64,000 nt of DNA from a plasmid. Under the pieces are notes generated by a model. That model ran no database searches and was not told the origin of the DNA. It was given only the letters and a program-made list of their open reading frames with translations. A program made the translations under genes and the position numbers. Below are positions 1 to 7,851 of the stretch, in pieces. The first letter of the stretch is position 1. Every line of letters begins with the position of its first letter. The stretch is from sequence record NZ_CP118109.1. One strand, 5' to 3'.

Positions 1-324
1 ACCTAGGCGGAGCATGTCGTTTAGAGACAACATTGTTTTTTGGCTGGCTACATTAGGATCTTTTTCGATGGCTTTTTCAGCTTCATCGACTTTTTGCTCT
101 AGCCAAACTCCTTCATTCATTTTGTCTTCAATGATCTCCCTAAGCTGCTTCAGCTTCATAGGGCGTTCGTCATCTTTATTCTTCTGAGGTGGATTAGAAG
201 CCATATCTTTGTTTAAATCGTTGTACTCTTTTTGCAGCTTACGAGTCTCCATATCCAGATCCGTAATCTTGTCTTTCATGATTGTCATAAGCTCTTCGGT
301 TGTAAAATGTTTACCAATTAACAT
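1..324 (-). CDS. Partial CDS (5' end only; the 3' end lies beyond the window start). Charged coiled-coil hypothetical protein, MLIGKHFTTEELMTIMKDKITDLDMETRKLQKEYNDLNKDMAS...
   Basis: ATG at 324 sits 11 nt after the TAA stop of the upstream gene and is preceded by AAGGAGAATCACA (SD). The frame stays open to position 1. This ORF is absent from the supplied track because it has no in-window stop. Confidence 0.5.
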   Translation of the reverse strand, partial: MLIGKHFTTEELMTIMKDKITDLDMETRKLQKEYNDLNKDMASNPPQKNKDDERPMKLKQLREIIEDKMNEGVWLEQKVDEAEKAIEKDPNVASQKTMLSLNDMLRLG

Positions 325-335
325 TGTGATTCTCC

Positions 336-2087
336 TTATTTGTAGAATTTAATGACCAGGTTATCGAGGTAAACCGGAATACGATTTCCCCATTCAATTT
401 GGGGATCATCCAATGTAAAAGTAACAGGCTCACTGGATGGAGATACGATAGATCCTGATTTTGCTGTAACCTGAATGCTGTATTCTTTGTCCTCAATCAG
501 ATTAGAAAGAATCGCCTCATTAACTCCTTCCACTTCTATCCCAAGGAATACTCCACGGTTATAAATACGGAAGGTAGCATCTGGACCATCATAAGTCCAT
601 GTGAGCTTGACGGTGTTATCCTCTTGGATAATTGCCTGCAGGTCGCTTGGAGCCGGAAGTGACTCTTCTAGCGCCTGATACATTTCAACTTCATGAATGA
701 TCCAGGATTGATCCACCATGCGCGCTTCCCAAGCTTCCCCGGTATCAGGGAAGCTGACGATCGGTGAGGCAGCTACTAAGCGCCAGTATCTTGCTATGGC
801 ATTGACGCTTAGATCGATAGATACAAGTGGCTGACTGTGGGTGCTGACAGATTCAACATAAGTCCATGTGTTGCCATCTTCAGATGTTTCGATATCTATA
901 AGGTCTACCCCACAATCCTCTGACTGCTTAAATGTAATGTTCCGCAGTCCGGTTGGCACCTTTAGATCAAAACCAATCCATGCCAGACCGTCTACGTTAC
1001 CGGCTTGCACTGATCCCCAAGCTGTAGTTTCATTGTTATCAATTGCATTCTTGGCATCCCATTCACCAGCAATGCCAAGTCGATCCCCGCCGCTGAACAC
1101 TTCAGATCCTTCAGTTAGATCGATATCTGTCGCAGCTGCCATCGTTTTAAATGCCATAGCGTTAATTTCGGCTTCCTGTGCAATCAGGTTGACGAACTGA
1201 ATTGTTTGGCCGGCATTGTAATCCACGATAAATTGCTTGTTAAAATAAGTGATCGTGAGCTTGCCAGTGCCGTTGCCGGAGATTGTAAGCTTCGATGCAG
1301 GAACAAATGCATTATTATAATAGAACAAATCTGGAGTAAGTCTTGTTTCCAGAGGGATCTTAATAGCATTGTTGTAATCATCCCCTTCGTTCACATACAC
1401 CATGTTCTCTTTTTGGAAGTCAAAGCGACCGACGCCATCAATATTTATCCAGAAGATTGAATTTCCTTTAGGAACTACATTGCGCGGAGCAATGTTCATC
1501 TCAACAGAGAAAGCAGTATAAGCATCGATTTCCTGCGGGAGGATCTGTTCGAATCCTTTCAACTGATACATTAAGCGCTGACTATTATATTCAGCCGTTT
1601 CGGAGCTAAAGCCAATCGGGTACTCAGGTGTAGCAAACGTTGTATACACAAGCGTTTGTGTGAGCACTGGCGGCTGATACTCCTGTTCAAGGACGGCCAA
1701 GTTGTTTGCTTTCAGCTCTGCCTTATAGCTTGGAGTATCATGGTAAATGTCTTCTCCTAATGGGTTGGCAGCAGCCGTCTTACTAATTAGCCCTACAATC
1801 ACATCTTGAGAGGCATTCTTATTGTTTTTCACATGGAAGACCCATTTGTTTTGCTCAGCAATTCGGATGCGCTGCAGATCAACGTCATGACTTGAATTAC
1901 CGGCAGGAAATACGAAAGTGCCTGTCTTTGATTCTGTTCGAGCTTGTGTGTTATCAATGAACTCAGTTACACGAGCAATAAAGACTAATTCAATGTCTCC
2001 ATTATTTCTAGCTCGATAGCTTTGGACTTCGAATGAGTAATCAATGCGGTGTGACTTTTCTTCATTAAAGAAGTAAGAGTATCTCAA
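336..2087 (-). CDS. 583-aa protein with a discoidin / F5-8 type C-like carbohydrate-binding domain (DNNETTAWGS...GLAWIGFDL...EDGNTWTY) and a C-terminal fibronectin type III-like domain. Putative virion surface or adhesin-like protein.
   Basis: Long ORF with a TTG start at 2087 directly after the TAA of the upstream gene and a strong SD (GGGAGGGG) 6 nt upstream. Domain calls come from recognisable sequence patterns only. Confidence 0.55.
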   Translation of the reverse strand: MRYSYFFNEEKSHRIDYSFEVQSYRARNNGDIELVFIARVTEFIDNTQARTESKTGTFVFPAGNSSHDVDLQRIRIAEQNKWVFHVKNNKNASQDVIVGLISKTAAANPLGEDIYHDTPSYKAELKANNLAVLEQEYQPPVLTQTLVYTTFATPEYPIGFSSETAEYNSQRLMYQLKGFEQILPQEIDAYTAFSVEMNIAPRNVVPKGNSIFWINIDGVGRFDFQKENMVYVNEGDDYNNAIKIPLETRLTPDLFYYNNAFVPASKLTISGNGTGKLTITYFNKQFIVDYNAGQTIQFVNLIAQEAEINAMAFKTMAAATDIDLTEGSEVFSGGDRLGIAGEWDAKNAIDNNETTAWGSVQAGNVDGLAWIGFDLKVPTGLRNITFKQSEDCGVDLIDIETSEDGNTWTYVESVSTHSQPLVSIDLSVNAIARYWRLVAASPIVSFPDTGEAWEARMVDQSWIIHEVEMYQALEESLPAPSDLQAIIQEDNTVKLTWTYDGPDATFRIYNRGVFLGIEVEGVNEAILSNLIEDKEYSIQVTAKSGSIVSPSSEPVTFTLDDPQIEWGNRIPVYLDNLVIKFYK

Positions 2088-2606
2088 TTAGTTCCCCTCC
2101 CGTATTAGGGTTATTTTTAGCTGAGAGCTGTCCTTCCAAGAGGTTAGGGATGTACCGATAATAGATTCAACGCTGCCCCCTGGCTCGAATGTGAGCCCTT
2201 GTGATACTGGCTCAAATTCTACATTGTCTCGAAGGCCAAACAGGAGTGCAACAAAGCCTCCTTGTTCTATTTCGATTTCAGATAAAGCAACCATGTGAGC
2301 CTGGCTATCTTCTACCATTTCATGATTCCGCTCTTTCAAATGCTGCAAATACTTTTGAACGGTGAATTTCATGAGCTCCATACGGCTCAATCGGCTTGAC
2401 GCTTTATCAGCCATCTCATCATTCTTCATAGCCCGCATGGTTTCCGCCTGATCAACGACTTCCTCAGTTAGCTCGTCCAACTGCACCTCATAAAGCTTAA
2501 TGGTTTCTTCTAGCCGAATCTTTTGGGAGATTTCTTCCTGTAGGTAAGTCCGGAGATAGTTCCGGTTCTGGTCTGGCGTGTTGGCCATGATCTTAATTTG
2601 ATCCAA
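2088..2606 (-). CDS. Hypothetical 172-aa coiled-coil protein.
   Basis: ORF with a TTG start preceded by AAGGAGG. It sits tightly between the helicase gene and the discoidin-FN3 gene. No recognisable motif. Confidence 0.45.
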   Translation of the reverse strand: MDQIKIMANTPDQNRNYLRTYLQEEISQKIRLEETIKLYEVQLDELTEEVVDQAETMRAMKNDEMADKASSRLSRMELMKFTVQKYLQHLKERNHEMVEDSQAHMVALSEIEIEQGGFVALLFGLRDNVEFEPVSQGLTFEPGGSVESIIGTSLTSWKDSSQLKITLIREGN

Positions 2607-2618
2607 ATCAATTCCTCC

Positions 2619-3722
2619 TTAGTTTTGATAAATCTTAGAGGCGAATCGGCGCTGAGCTTCATCTTCCGCTTGGATAAACAGAGAGTAATCGGGAATAAAA
2701 TTAAAGAACTTAGTACTCTTCATGGATGCGTGCTTATTCTTAGCGAACTTCACTTCCACGACAGGCATCTTCAAGTCTTCATCTTCATCGACCCAATAGA
2801 TTTCAGCATTCTCTTCCTTGATGCCGACTTCGTTGTACATAAGGCAGACCATTGTTGCTTCATAACGAAGAGTGATTGTATCCTTCAGATCATCCTCTAT
2901 CGGACGCTTGCCGTTCGTTTTACGCAAGTGAGCTGTACACATAACGACAACATCAAATCTTGTAGCCCAGCCTTTGATCGTTTTAGATACGTGAGCCGTC
3001 TTATCATCATTGTTGCTGAAGGTCTTGCTCTCTACTGTCAAGTCATTGAAGGAGTCAATTGCAATTACGATTCGAGTGCCTTCAGGCATCGTCATCTTAA
3101 TATCCTTGATGTGCTCTTCAATGGCTTCAACGCTGGTCATATCATTGGAATCGAACATGCCGAAGCGGTCTACTCTGCGATACAGGTTCTTGATTCCTTC
3201 ATTACGCTTATTGATAATCTCTTCATCGTCTTCATACTTAGCTGGCGACTTTGCTTGGCCGATCGTGATTTGTTGATCGTTGGCAATATAGCGCGGCATA
3301 AGATCGTTATTGGCATCATCAAGCGAATGATACGAAACATAGACCTTTTCATTTCTCTCTGATATTCCTTTACATACTTGAAGCATGTAGGCGGATTTAC
3401 CGACGTTTGGTGCAGCGGCAAATAAGATAAGCCCAGGCTGAGCCCCGCCTTCAAAGGCGTCATCGAATGATTGCAACCCTGAAATTAATCCCCCGTTTTT
3501 CCCTCTGGCCCATGAGTGAGCATCCATATTCATGATATTGCGGAGCATCTTTTCTTCGATTCTGTTTAACGGACGACCAAGTATTCCCTCGACATTTGTA
3601 ACAATAACCTTTTTTCTCATTTCGGGCTCAAAGCCGAATGCATTTGGATCTTGCTGCATTTGTCTTTCAACTTGATGCATGATGTCCGTAAAACTAAATT
3701 GTCCTGGCTGTGTATTGCTCAT
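2619..3722 (-). CDS. DnaB-family replicative helicase carrying the RecA-like C-terminal ATPase domain. Walker A is AAPNVGKS, Walker B is IAIDSFNDL, and the downstream motif is TAHLRK.
   Basis: The true start is probably the ATG at 3722 (MSNTQPGQFSF...), preceded by GGAAGGAG 5 nt upstream. The track ORF instead begins at 3881 and runs through non-coding-looking sequence. The GLISGLQSFDDAF...GKSAYMLQ pattern matches DnaB helicase motifs H1/H1a. Confidence 0.75.
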   Translation of the reverse strand: MSNTQPGQFSFTDIMHQVERQMQQDPNAFGFEPEMRKKVIVTNVEGILGRPLNRIEEKMLRNIMNMDAHSWARGKNGGLISGLQSFDDAFEGGAQPGLILFAAAPNVGKSAYMLQVCKGISERNEKVYVSYHSLDDANNDLMPRYIANDQQITIGQAKSPAKYEDDEEIINKRNEGIKNLYRRVDRFGMFDSNDMTSVEAIEEHIKDIKMTMPEGTRIVIAIDSFNDLTVESKTFSNNDDKTAHVSKTIKGWATRFDVVVMCTAHLRKTNGKRPIEDDLKDTITLRYEATMVCLMYNEVGIKEENAEIYWVDEDEDLKMPVVEVKFAKNKHASMKSTKFFNFIPDYSLFIQAEDEAQRRFASKIYQN

Positions 3723-3896
3723 AGCTGCTCCTTCCATACGGCTTATCTCTCTCCCGTGTAATACCTGCGAGTGTTCGTAAGCATTACACAGGGAGAGATC
3801 CCTGTGTGTTGTGTGTTGGGTGAAGTTGAGGTTCGAGCAGGGTCCTAAGCTGCCCCTTACAAGGTGCGTATAAAAACACAACCCTCTAAGGGACGC
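3723..3896 (-). promoter_or_regulatory. 174-nt structured non-coding spacer between the primase and helicase genes. It holds perfect hairpins and GT-rich direct repeats and is a candidate replication origin or regulatory RNA.
   Basis: An 8-bp perfect stem CACAGGGA/TCCCTGTG with a GAGA loop lies at about 3787-3806. A hairpin CTAAG-GGACG-CTTAG lies at about 3877-3891. A GTGTGTT GTGTGTT GGGTG run is present. A degenerate copy of the TGTAA...TTACA motif lies at about 3752-3790. Confidence 0.3.
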
Positions 3897-4994
3897 TTAG
3901 GCCTTTTTCTCTTCCTCTGCTTTTTTATTCAACTCTTTATTAAAGAGAGGACATTTATCTTTATCGCATACGCCGCTCAGTCTAGCAAAAGCTTCACAGC
4001 CGTATCGGTATTGTCCGTTATAAACTGAGTTCACAATAGTTTCGATATCTCTTCTGTTCAATCGAGGCATGCAGTTCTCTTCGCCCCATATGAGCATCCG
4101 CGCCATTGCTTCATCTCGTTCCATTCCTTGCTGCATATAGAAGCTGGTAAGTGCAGTCCCAGAGTTATTACGCTCGTCCACAGTTTCTTTAAATGTACGC
4201 TCAAGCATGGTCTGAATGCATGGCGGCAGAGTTTCTAGCTTGCGAATCTTCCCTTGGTATTCCTTTGCTTTTATATTCCGTTCGGTCCATTTTTGGATGT
4301 ACCGATCAAGGGATAACTTAGCTCTATTTGATGTTACCAGTGGAGCAGGTTGAAGGAATCTCGGTTCTTTTGCCAGTTCCTTAATTTGTTCTAGTGTACA
4401 AGTGCGAAGCTCCTGCTGCGTTATGGGTATCTTATAATGACCACCCTTCTTATTGAAGGAGTTGACCATTCGAAACATGCGCTTATCATCGTATATTGCT
4501 GTATCCATTGTTCCAAACAGTGTGTACTTCGCGATATCAAGTGCAATCTCACGGTAGATTTGATTCAGGGATACGTGCGGATTTAGCCCAAGCACATGTC
4601 CGCTGACAGTCAAGTGAATCCCTTTGTGTCCCGAATAAAATACATTGATCTGATCAGGCTCGATTGAAAGAATATGCTTAAGATAACGAAAGGCAATATG
4701 CACGTCATACTTTAATTTGGTGTAATCCTCTTCTGTCTCTAATGGCTTATCAAAGTCCAGATAAAGATCGCCCCATTTCAGAGCATCCCTTGCATTCAAT
4801 ACCCATTTCCCTTTTTCATTTTGAAAGAACTCAGGGTTAATGTATTGCATTACAGTCTCATAGACGCCTATGTTGTTGTAGTAATTCCGAAACTTGATGG
4901 TCTCGGAAGGATGCATATAATGCTTTCGTGTAAATGGAAACTTTTCCGAATTGGTGTCCGCTCCGCATTCCACAAAAAGCTGGAACTCATTCAC
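3897..4994 (-). CDS. Archaeo-eukaryotic-type primase-polymerase (AEP / Prim-Pol) with a Cys-containing C-terminal (PriCT-like) region.
   Basis: AEP motif I is LYLDFD, motif II is YSGHKGIHL, and motif III is DTAIYDDKRMFRMVNSFNKK. The GTG start at 4994 overlaps the TGA of the upstream gene (GTGA) and follows the SD AGGTGAT. Confidence 0.75.
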   Translation of the reverse strand: MNEFQLFVECGADTNSEKFPFTRKHYMHPSETIKFRNYYNNIGVYETVMQYINPEFFQNEKGKWVLNARDALKWGDLYLDFDKPLETEEDYTKLKYDVHIAFRYLKHILSIEPDQINVFYSGHKGIHLTVSGHVLGLNPHVSLNQIYREIALDIAKYTLFGTMDTAIYDDKRMFRMVNSFNKKGGHYKIPITQQELRTCTLEQIKELAKEPRFLQPAPLVTSNRAKLSLDRYIQKWTERNIKAKEYQGKIRKLETLPPCIQTMLERTFKETVDERNNSGTALTSFYMQQGMERDEAMARMLIWGEENCMPRLNRRDIETIVNSVYNGQYRYGCEAFARLSGVCDKDKCPLFNKELNKKAEEEKKA

Positions 4995-5677
4995 TGTGCG
5001 ATCACCTGTTTTCGAATCACTCGGTTAATCCCATGTATCTGATGAATATTCTTCTTTTGTGATATCGTCTCTCTAGCTTCATCTACATATTTCTCAATAT
5101 CAAAAGCGTTTCGAAGAAGGCTCCGTTGCCAGCTTAAGCGAATGCGCTTTGCTTCATCGATGGCAAACAGGATTTCGTCCAGATCATAGATGCCGAGTAA
5201 GTAATTAAATTTTCCTTCATCCTGCTTAATCATATGAGGATTGCTCTGAATGTTCATCTTTTCATACCAGTACTCAAGCAGTTCTTCCATCGTAAAGCGT
5301 TTCTTCATCTCCAAGAAGAACGGCTCCACTTCTTGAATATATTTGCCGTCCGGTCCTTTACGCATCTTAGGCGCAGGAGAAGTTTCCCTCAGCCGGTTGT
5401 GATAGTAGAAGATATCCGGATTCATGATATTCTTCGGTGGTTTCTTTGTGGCGAAAATCTCTTCAAGCATATAAATTCGTTTGACCATATCCGGGTAATC
5501 TTGGGCAAACTTCTCGATCTCTGCTTGAATCTCTTCCAGCTCCCATCCATCCTTAACTAATTTCTGAATAGATGATATGTTAGTCCGGATACGAGAGTCG
5601 GCATTCTGTATCGGAATACCGACTATCGTGCATACGAACCATCCTGAGAGCTGATAAATCAACCCATCTCGATTCAT
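4991..5677 (-). CDS. Hypothetical 228-aa protein of the replication module.
   Basis: Its ATG overlaps the TAA stop of the single-strand annealing protein gene (TAATG). No recognisable motif. It lies between the annealing-protein and primase genes. Confidence 0.45.
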   Translation of the reverse strand: MNRDGLIYQLSGWFVCTIVGIPIQNADSRIRTNISSIQKLVKDGWELEEIQAEIEKFAQDYPDMVKRIYMLEEIFATKKPPKNIMNPDIFYYHNRLRETSPAPKMRKGPDGKYIQEVEPFFLEMKKRFTMEELLEYWYEKMNIQSNPHMIKQDEGKFNYLLGIYDLDEILFAIDEAKRIRLSWQRSLLRNAFDIEKYVDEARETISQKKNIHQIHGINRVIRKQVIAQ

Positions 5678-6879
5678 TAGGCGGCAAACTTCTCCAAGAA
5701 GATATTAAATTCAGCTAAATTCCCCGGAGTTAAATCGCCTGGAACTGCATCCTCTTTCTTCAAGAACTCTCTGAGTAAAGGAAGCATGTCGTTATCGGTT
5801 TGTATATTGAGCCTTGCCTTGTGCTGATGTATCTTTTGTATCTCAACCTGATCCCATTGCGGCGGAATAGCACTTTGCTGCGGAGCACTCTGTGCCTCAG
5901 TTTGAACCGGCGCGCCAACTGGTTTAGCTTCAGCCTTGAATGCTTGCGGCGTTGCTTCCGCTTGAGGGGTCGCTTGGAACGACTGCTCTTTAGCAGCTTC
6001 TGGTTGCTTGTTCGGCAGATTGCGCTGATCCCAAGCAATGGCTTCTGGTGTGTTTGGCTCATGAGGATTAAATGGATATTGATCTTCATGAAGCTCTGGC
6101 GCTACATTAAAATTTCCGTTAGCCTCGTTATTTACATCTACAGCCCAGTTCGTTTGCTGTTGTGGTGCGCCCCACTGTCCGTTAAAGCCACCTTGCTGTT
6201 GTTGTGAAAACTGCTGCTGCTGTTCAGGCGTAGGTTGGAAATAAGCTTGCTGTTGCTGTTGTTGATACGGATCAGTATAAGGCTGTCCGAAGCTTTGCTG
6301 AGGCTGAGCATAAGTTTCTTGCGGCTGCTGGAACCCACCTTGCGGTTGGTGTTGGAATTGATACTGTCCGCTTTGCTGCATTTGATCATAAGCGTTTTGT
6401 TCCTCATCAGCATCCGTTTCGACTTTAATTTTGGAATAGATAGACTCGCCTACGCCAAAGAGTGATGCCGCTTTTACTAAGACATTAGAAGCAGCTGCCT
6501 TATAAGCACTGTCTTGATTATCCTTGCCGCCGACAGCAATTTTGCAACCATATTGCTCACGCTGGCCAAGTCCGGGAATGAACAGGAAGCCGCGAGCGTG
6601 ATAAACATATCCATCAAAGGACCATGTCTTGGAATCCTTATCATACTTGTAGACTTCTTCTCTCCAATTATCAATCAAGCCGAAGTCCCAATACGTATAT
6701 CCTGACACAGCGTTATCTAAAATTTGGCGAACGGTGTTTACGCCCATATACTTACTTGCAGGTTTCTTTCCGCTCCCCGGTTTGGTTTCTAGCCATTCGT
6801 CCTTACATTCCTTCAAAGACTCACGGATCTTTTTGATCTGATCCATGTCCGGAAGGTATTTCTCAATTGTAGGTCTCAT
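5677..6879 (-). CDS. Rad52/Sak-like single-strand annealing protein (SSAP): an N-terminal annealing domain, a long Gln/Pro-rich low-complexity linker, then a C-terminal domain.
   Basis: The likely start is the ATG at 6879 (MRPTIEKYL), preceded by AGGAGG 6 nt upstream. The track ORF begins 96 nt further upstream and would overlap the promoter -10. YMGVNTVRQILDNAVSG.YTYWDF and KAAASNVLVKAASLFGVG resemble the two Rad52 signature blocks (Y.sG..vi..aN.iFG.nGWS and kkA.tDalKRalr.FGn.lG). Confidence 0.55.
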   Translation of the reverse strand: MRPTIEKYLPDMDQIKKIRESLKECKDEWLETKPGSGKKPASKYMGVNTVRQILDNAVSGYTYWDFGLIDNWREEVYKYDKDSKTWSFDGYVYHARGFLFIPGLGQREQYGCKIAVGGKDNQDSAYKAAASNVLVKAASLFGVGESIYSKIKVETDADEEQNAYDQMQQSGQYQFQHQPQGGFQQPQETYAQPQQSFGQPYTDPYQQQQQQAYFQPTPEQQQQFSQQQQGGFNGQWGAPQQQTNWAVDVNNEANGNFNVAPELHEDQYPFNPHEPNTPEAIAWDQRNLPNKQPEAAKEQSFQATPQAEATPQAFKAEAKPVGAPVQTEAQSAPQQSAIPPQWDQVEIQKIHQHKARLNIQTDNDMLPLLREFLKKEDAVPGDLTPGNLAEFNIFLEKFAA

Positions 6880-6959
6880 AGACGCCTCCTGTATACTGAC
6901 TGCTTTCTTATTATATTCTTCAACAGATGCCGAAGCAACACCTAAATGTAATGCGTTAC

Positions 6960-6996
6960 ATTTGTATGATAGCACGCTGAATTTTAGGAATCAAGA
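6960..6996 (-). promoter_or_regulatory. Sigma-A-like promoter for the replication/recombination operon: TTGATT - 17 nt - TATCAT, reading on the minus strand.
   Basis: The -35 is at 6994-6989 and the -10 at 6971-6966. It is followed 3 nt later by the 18-bp palindromic motif at 6962-6945 and then the 5'UTR leading to the SD/ATG at 6879. Confidence 0.4.
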
Positions 6997-7039
6997 GAAA
7001 AATTGAAAAAACGCAAGATATCGAGAGATATCTTGCGCT
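6990..7039 (-). terminator. Rho-independent terminator ending the late (structural + lysis) transcription unit.
   Basis: Perfect 11-bp stem CGCAAGATATC / GATATCTTGCG with a 4-nt loop (GAGA on plus, UCUC on the minus transcript). On the minus strand it is followed immediately by TTTTTTCAATTTTTC. It lies 18 nt downstream of the Holin_LLH-like stop. Confidence 0.7.
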
Positions 7040-7056
7040 AGAAAGAGATAGAAGTA

Positions 7057-7335
7057 TTAAGCTTCTTTCTTTTTAAACGTGCCAACGAGATTATGGAAGC
7101 TGACAACAATATCGACAGTGCTTCCTGCAACTCTCAGAACGAACGACTCAGAGACTTTAAGTGCGAACACTCCATTAACCTCTGCGTAGACTACTCTGAC
7201 AGTATCAAGAACAGCCTGTTTCTTCTCTGCACCGTTGCCCTCTGTTTCGAAAAGAGCAACCAAGGTGAAGACCAATTGAACGACAGCCGGCGTAATTGCT
7301 AGATATTCAAGAGCTTTGCGAACGCTTGTTAACAT
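7057..7335 (-). CDS. Small holin-family protein, LL-H holin family-like: one N-terminal transmembrane helix followed by the G.GAEKK motif.
   Basis: 92 aa with a single hydrophobic helix (LAITPAVVQLVFTLVALF) followed by ETEGNGAEKKQAVLDTV, which resembles the LL-H holin signature. It is the last gene before the terminator. Confidence 0.5.
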   Translation of the reverse strand: MLTSVRKALEYLAITPAVVQLVFTLVALFETEGNGAEKKQAVLDTVRVVYAEVNGVFALKVSESFVLRVAGSTVDIVVSFHNLVGTFKKKEA

Positions 7336-7346
7336 TTCGTTTCCCC

Positions 7347-7844
7347 CTATTTCTCTTCCGTATTTTTGGAAGATCGATTAGATTTATTTTCAATCTCAGA
7401 TTGAACAAAGTTAATGATGCTGTTTGGAATCCACTTCTCCCATCCAGCTCGTACAGAGTTAGCCGTTAAGCTGTTGAAGGTGTGGAAGATCAAGCCCGTC
7501 GTTACAAAATAGAAGATAACGCCTGGCGTGTTTAATACATAGTCAAGCATGTTGGCTGCTGCCGGAAAACAAAGTATGAATAAAGTCCTCAGTACGCCAT
7601 TGATACCATATTCGGAAGAATAACTTCCATCTTTCTTGGAAGCGGCGATCCCACTGATCCAGTCCATAAAGATAAAGAATGCATAGATGGCAATCATAAA
7701 TTTCCGCTCTTCTCCGCCGCCGTATACGGTTTCTACGATCGACCCGAAAACTCCACCTATTGTTGCCCATACTGCAGTAGATGAAGAAGCTATATTATCT
7801 AAGCTAAGTGTTTTTCCGAGCTCAAAGCGACTCATCGGTTTCAC
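7347..7844 (-). CDS. Holin of the toxin-secretion / phage-lysis holin family (Phage_holin_4_1, TcdE-like), with three predicted transmembrane segments.
   Basis: IFMDWISGIAASKKDGSYSSEYGINGVLRTLFILCFPAAANMLDYVL matches the characteristic D.ITG..aA....lsS..g.kG..kK.......a..lD block of this family. The C-terminal tail is charged. Confidence 0.75.
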   Translation of the reverse strand: MKPMSRFELGKTLSLDNIASSSTAVWATIGGVFGSIVETVYGGGEERKFMIAIYAFFIFMDWISGIAASKKDGSYSSEYGINGVLRTLFILCFPAAANMLDYVLNTPGVIFYFVTTGLIFHTFNSLTANSVRAGWEKWIPNSIINFVQSEIENKSNRSSKNTEEK

Positions 7845-7851
7845 CTCTTTC

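Noticed and set aside
2619-3881. Full 420-aa helicase ORF as given by the track.
   Set aside because: The first 53 codons (MCFYTHLVRGSLGPCSNLNF...) are Cys/His-rich, lack an RBS and run through hairpin-forming sequence. The ATG at 3722 has a good SD, so the gene was shortened.
5760-6207. Lys/Arg-rich 109-aa ORF and Leu-rich 135-aa ORF overlapping the annealing-protein gene.
   Set aside because: They are artefacts of the CAG/CAA-repeat region read in alternative frames.
6945-6962. Interpretation of the TGTAATGCGTTACA palindrome as a host CcpA catabolite-response element (cre, TGTAAGCGCTTACA).
   Set aside because: The outer arms match, but the central bases are shifted (TGCG versus GCGC; the central dinucleotide is GC rather than the CG required by LacI-family operators). 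It is therefore more likely an element-specific operator. This is noted inside the motif finding rather than called as a cre.
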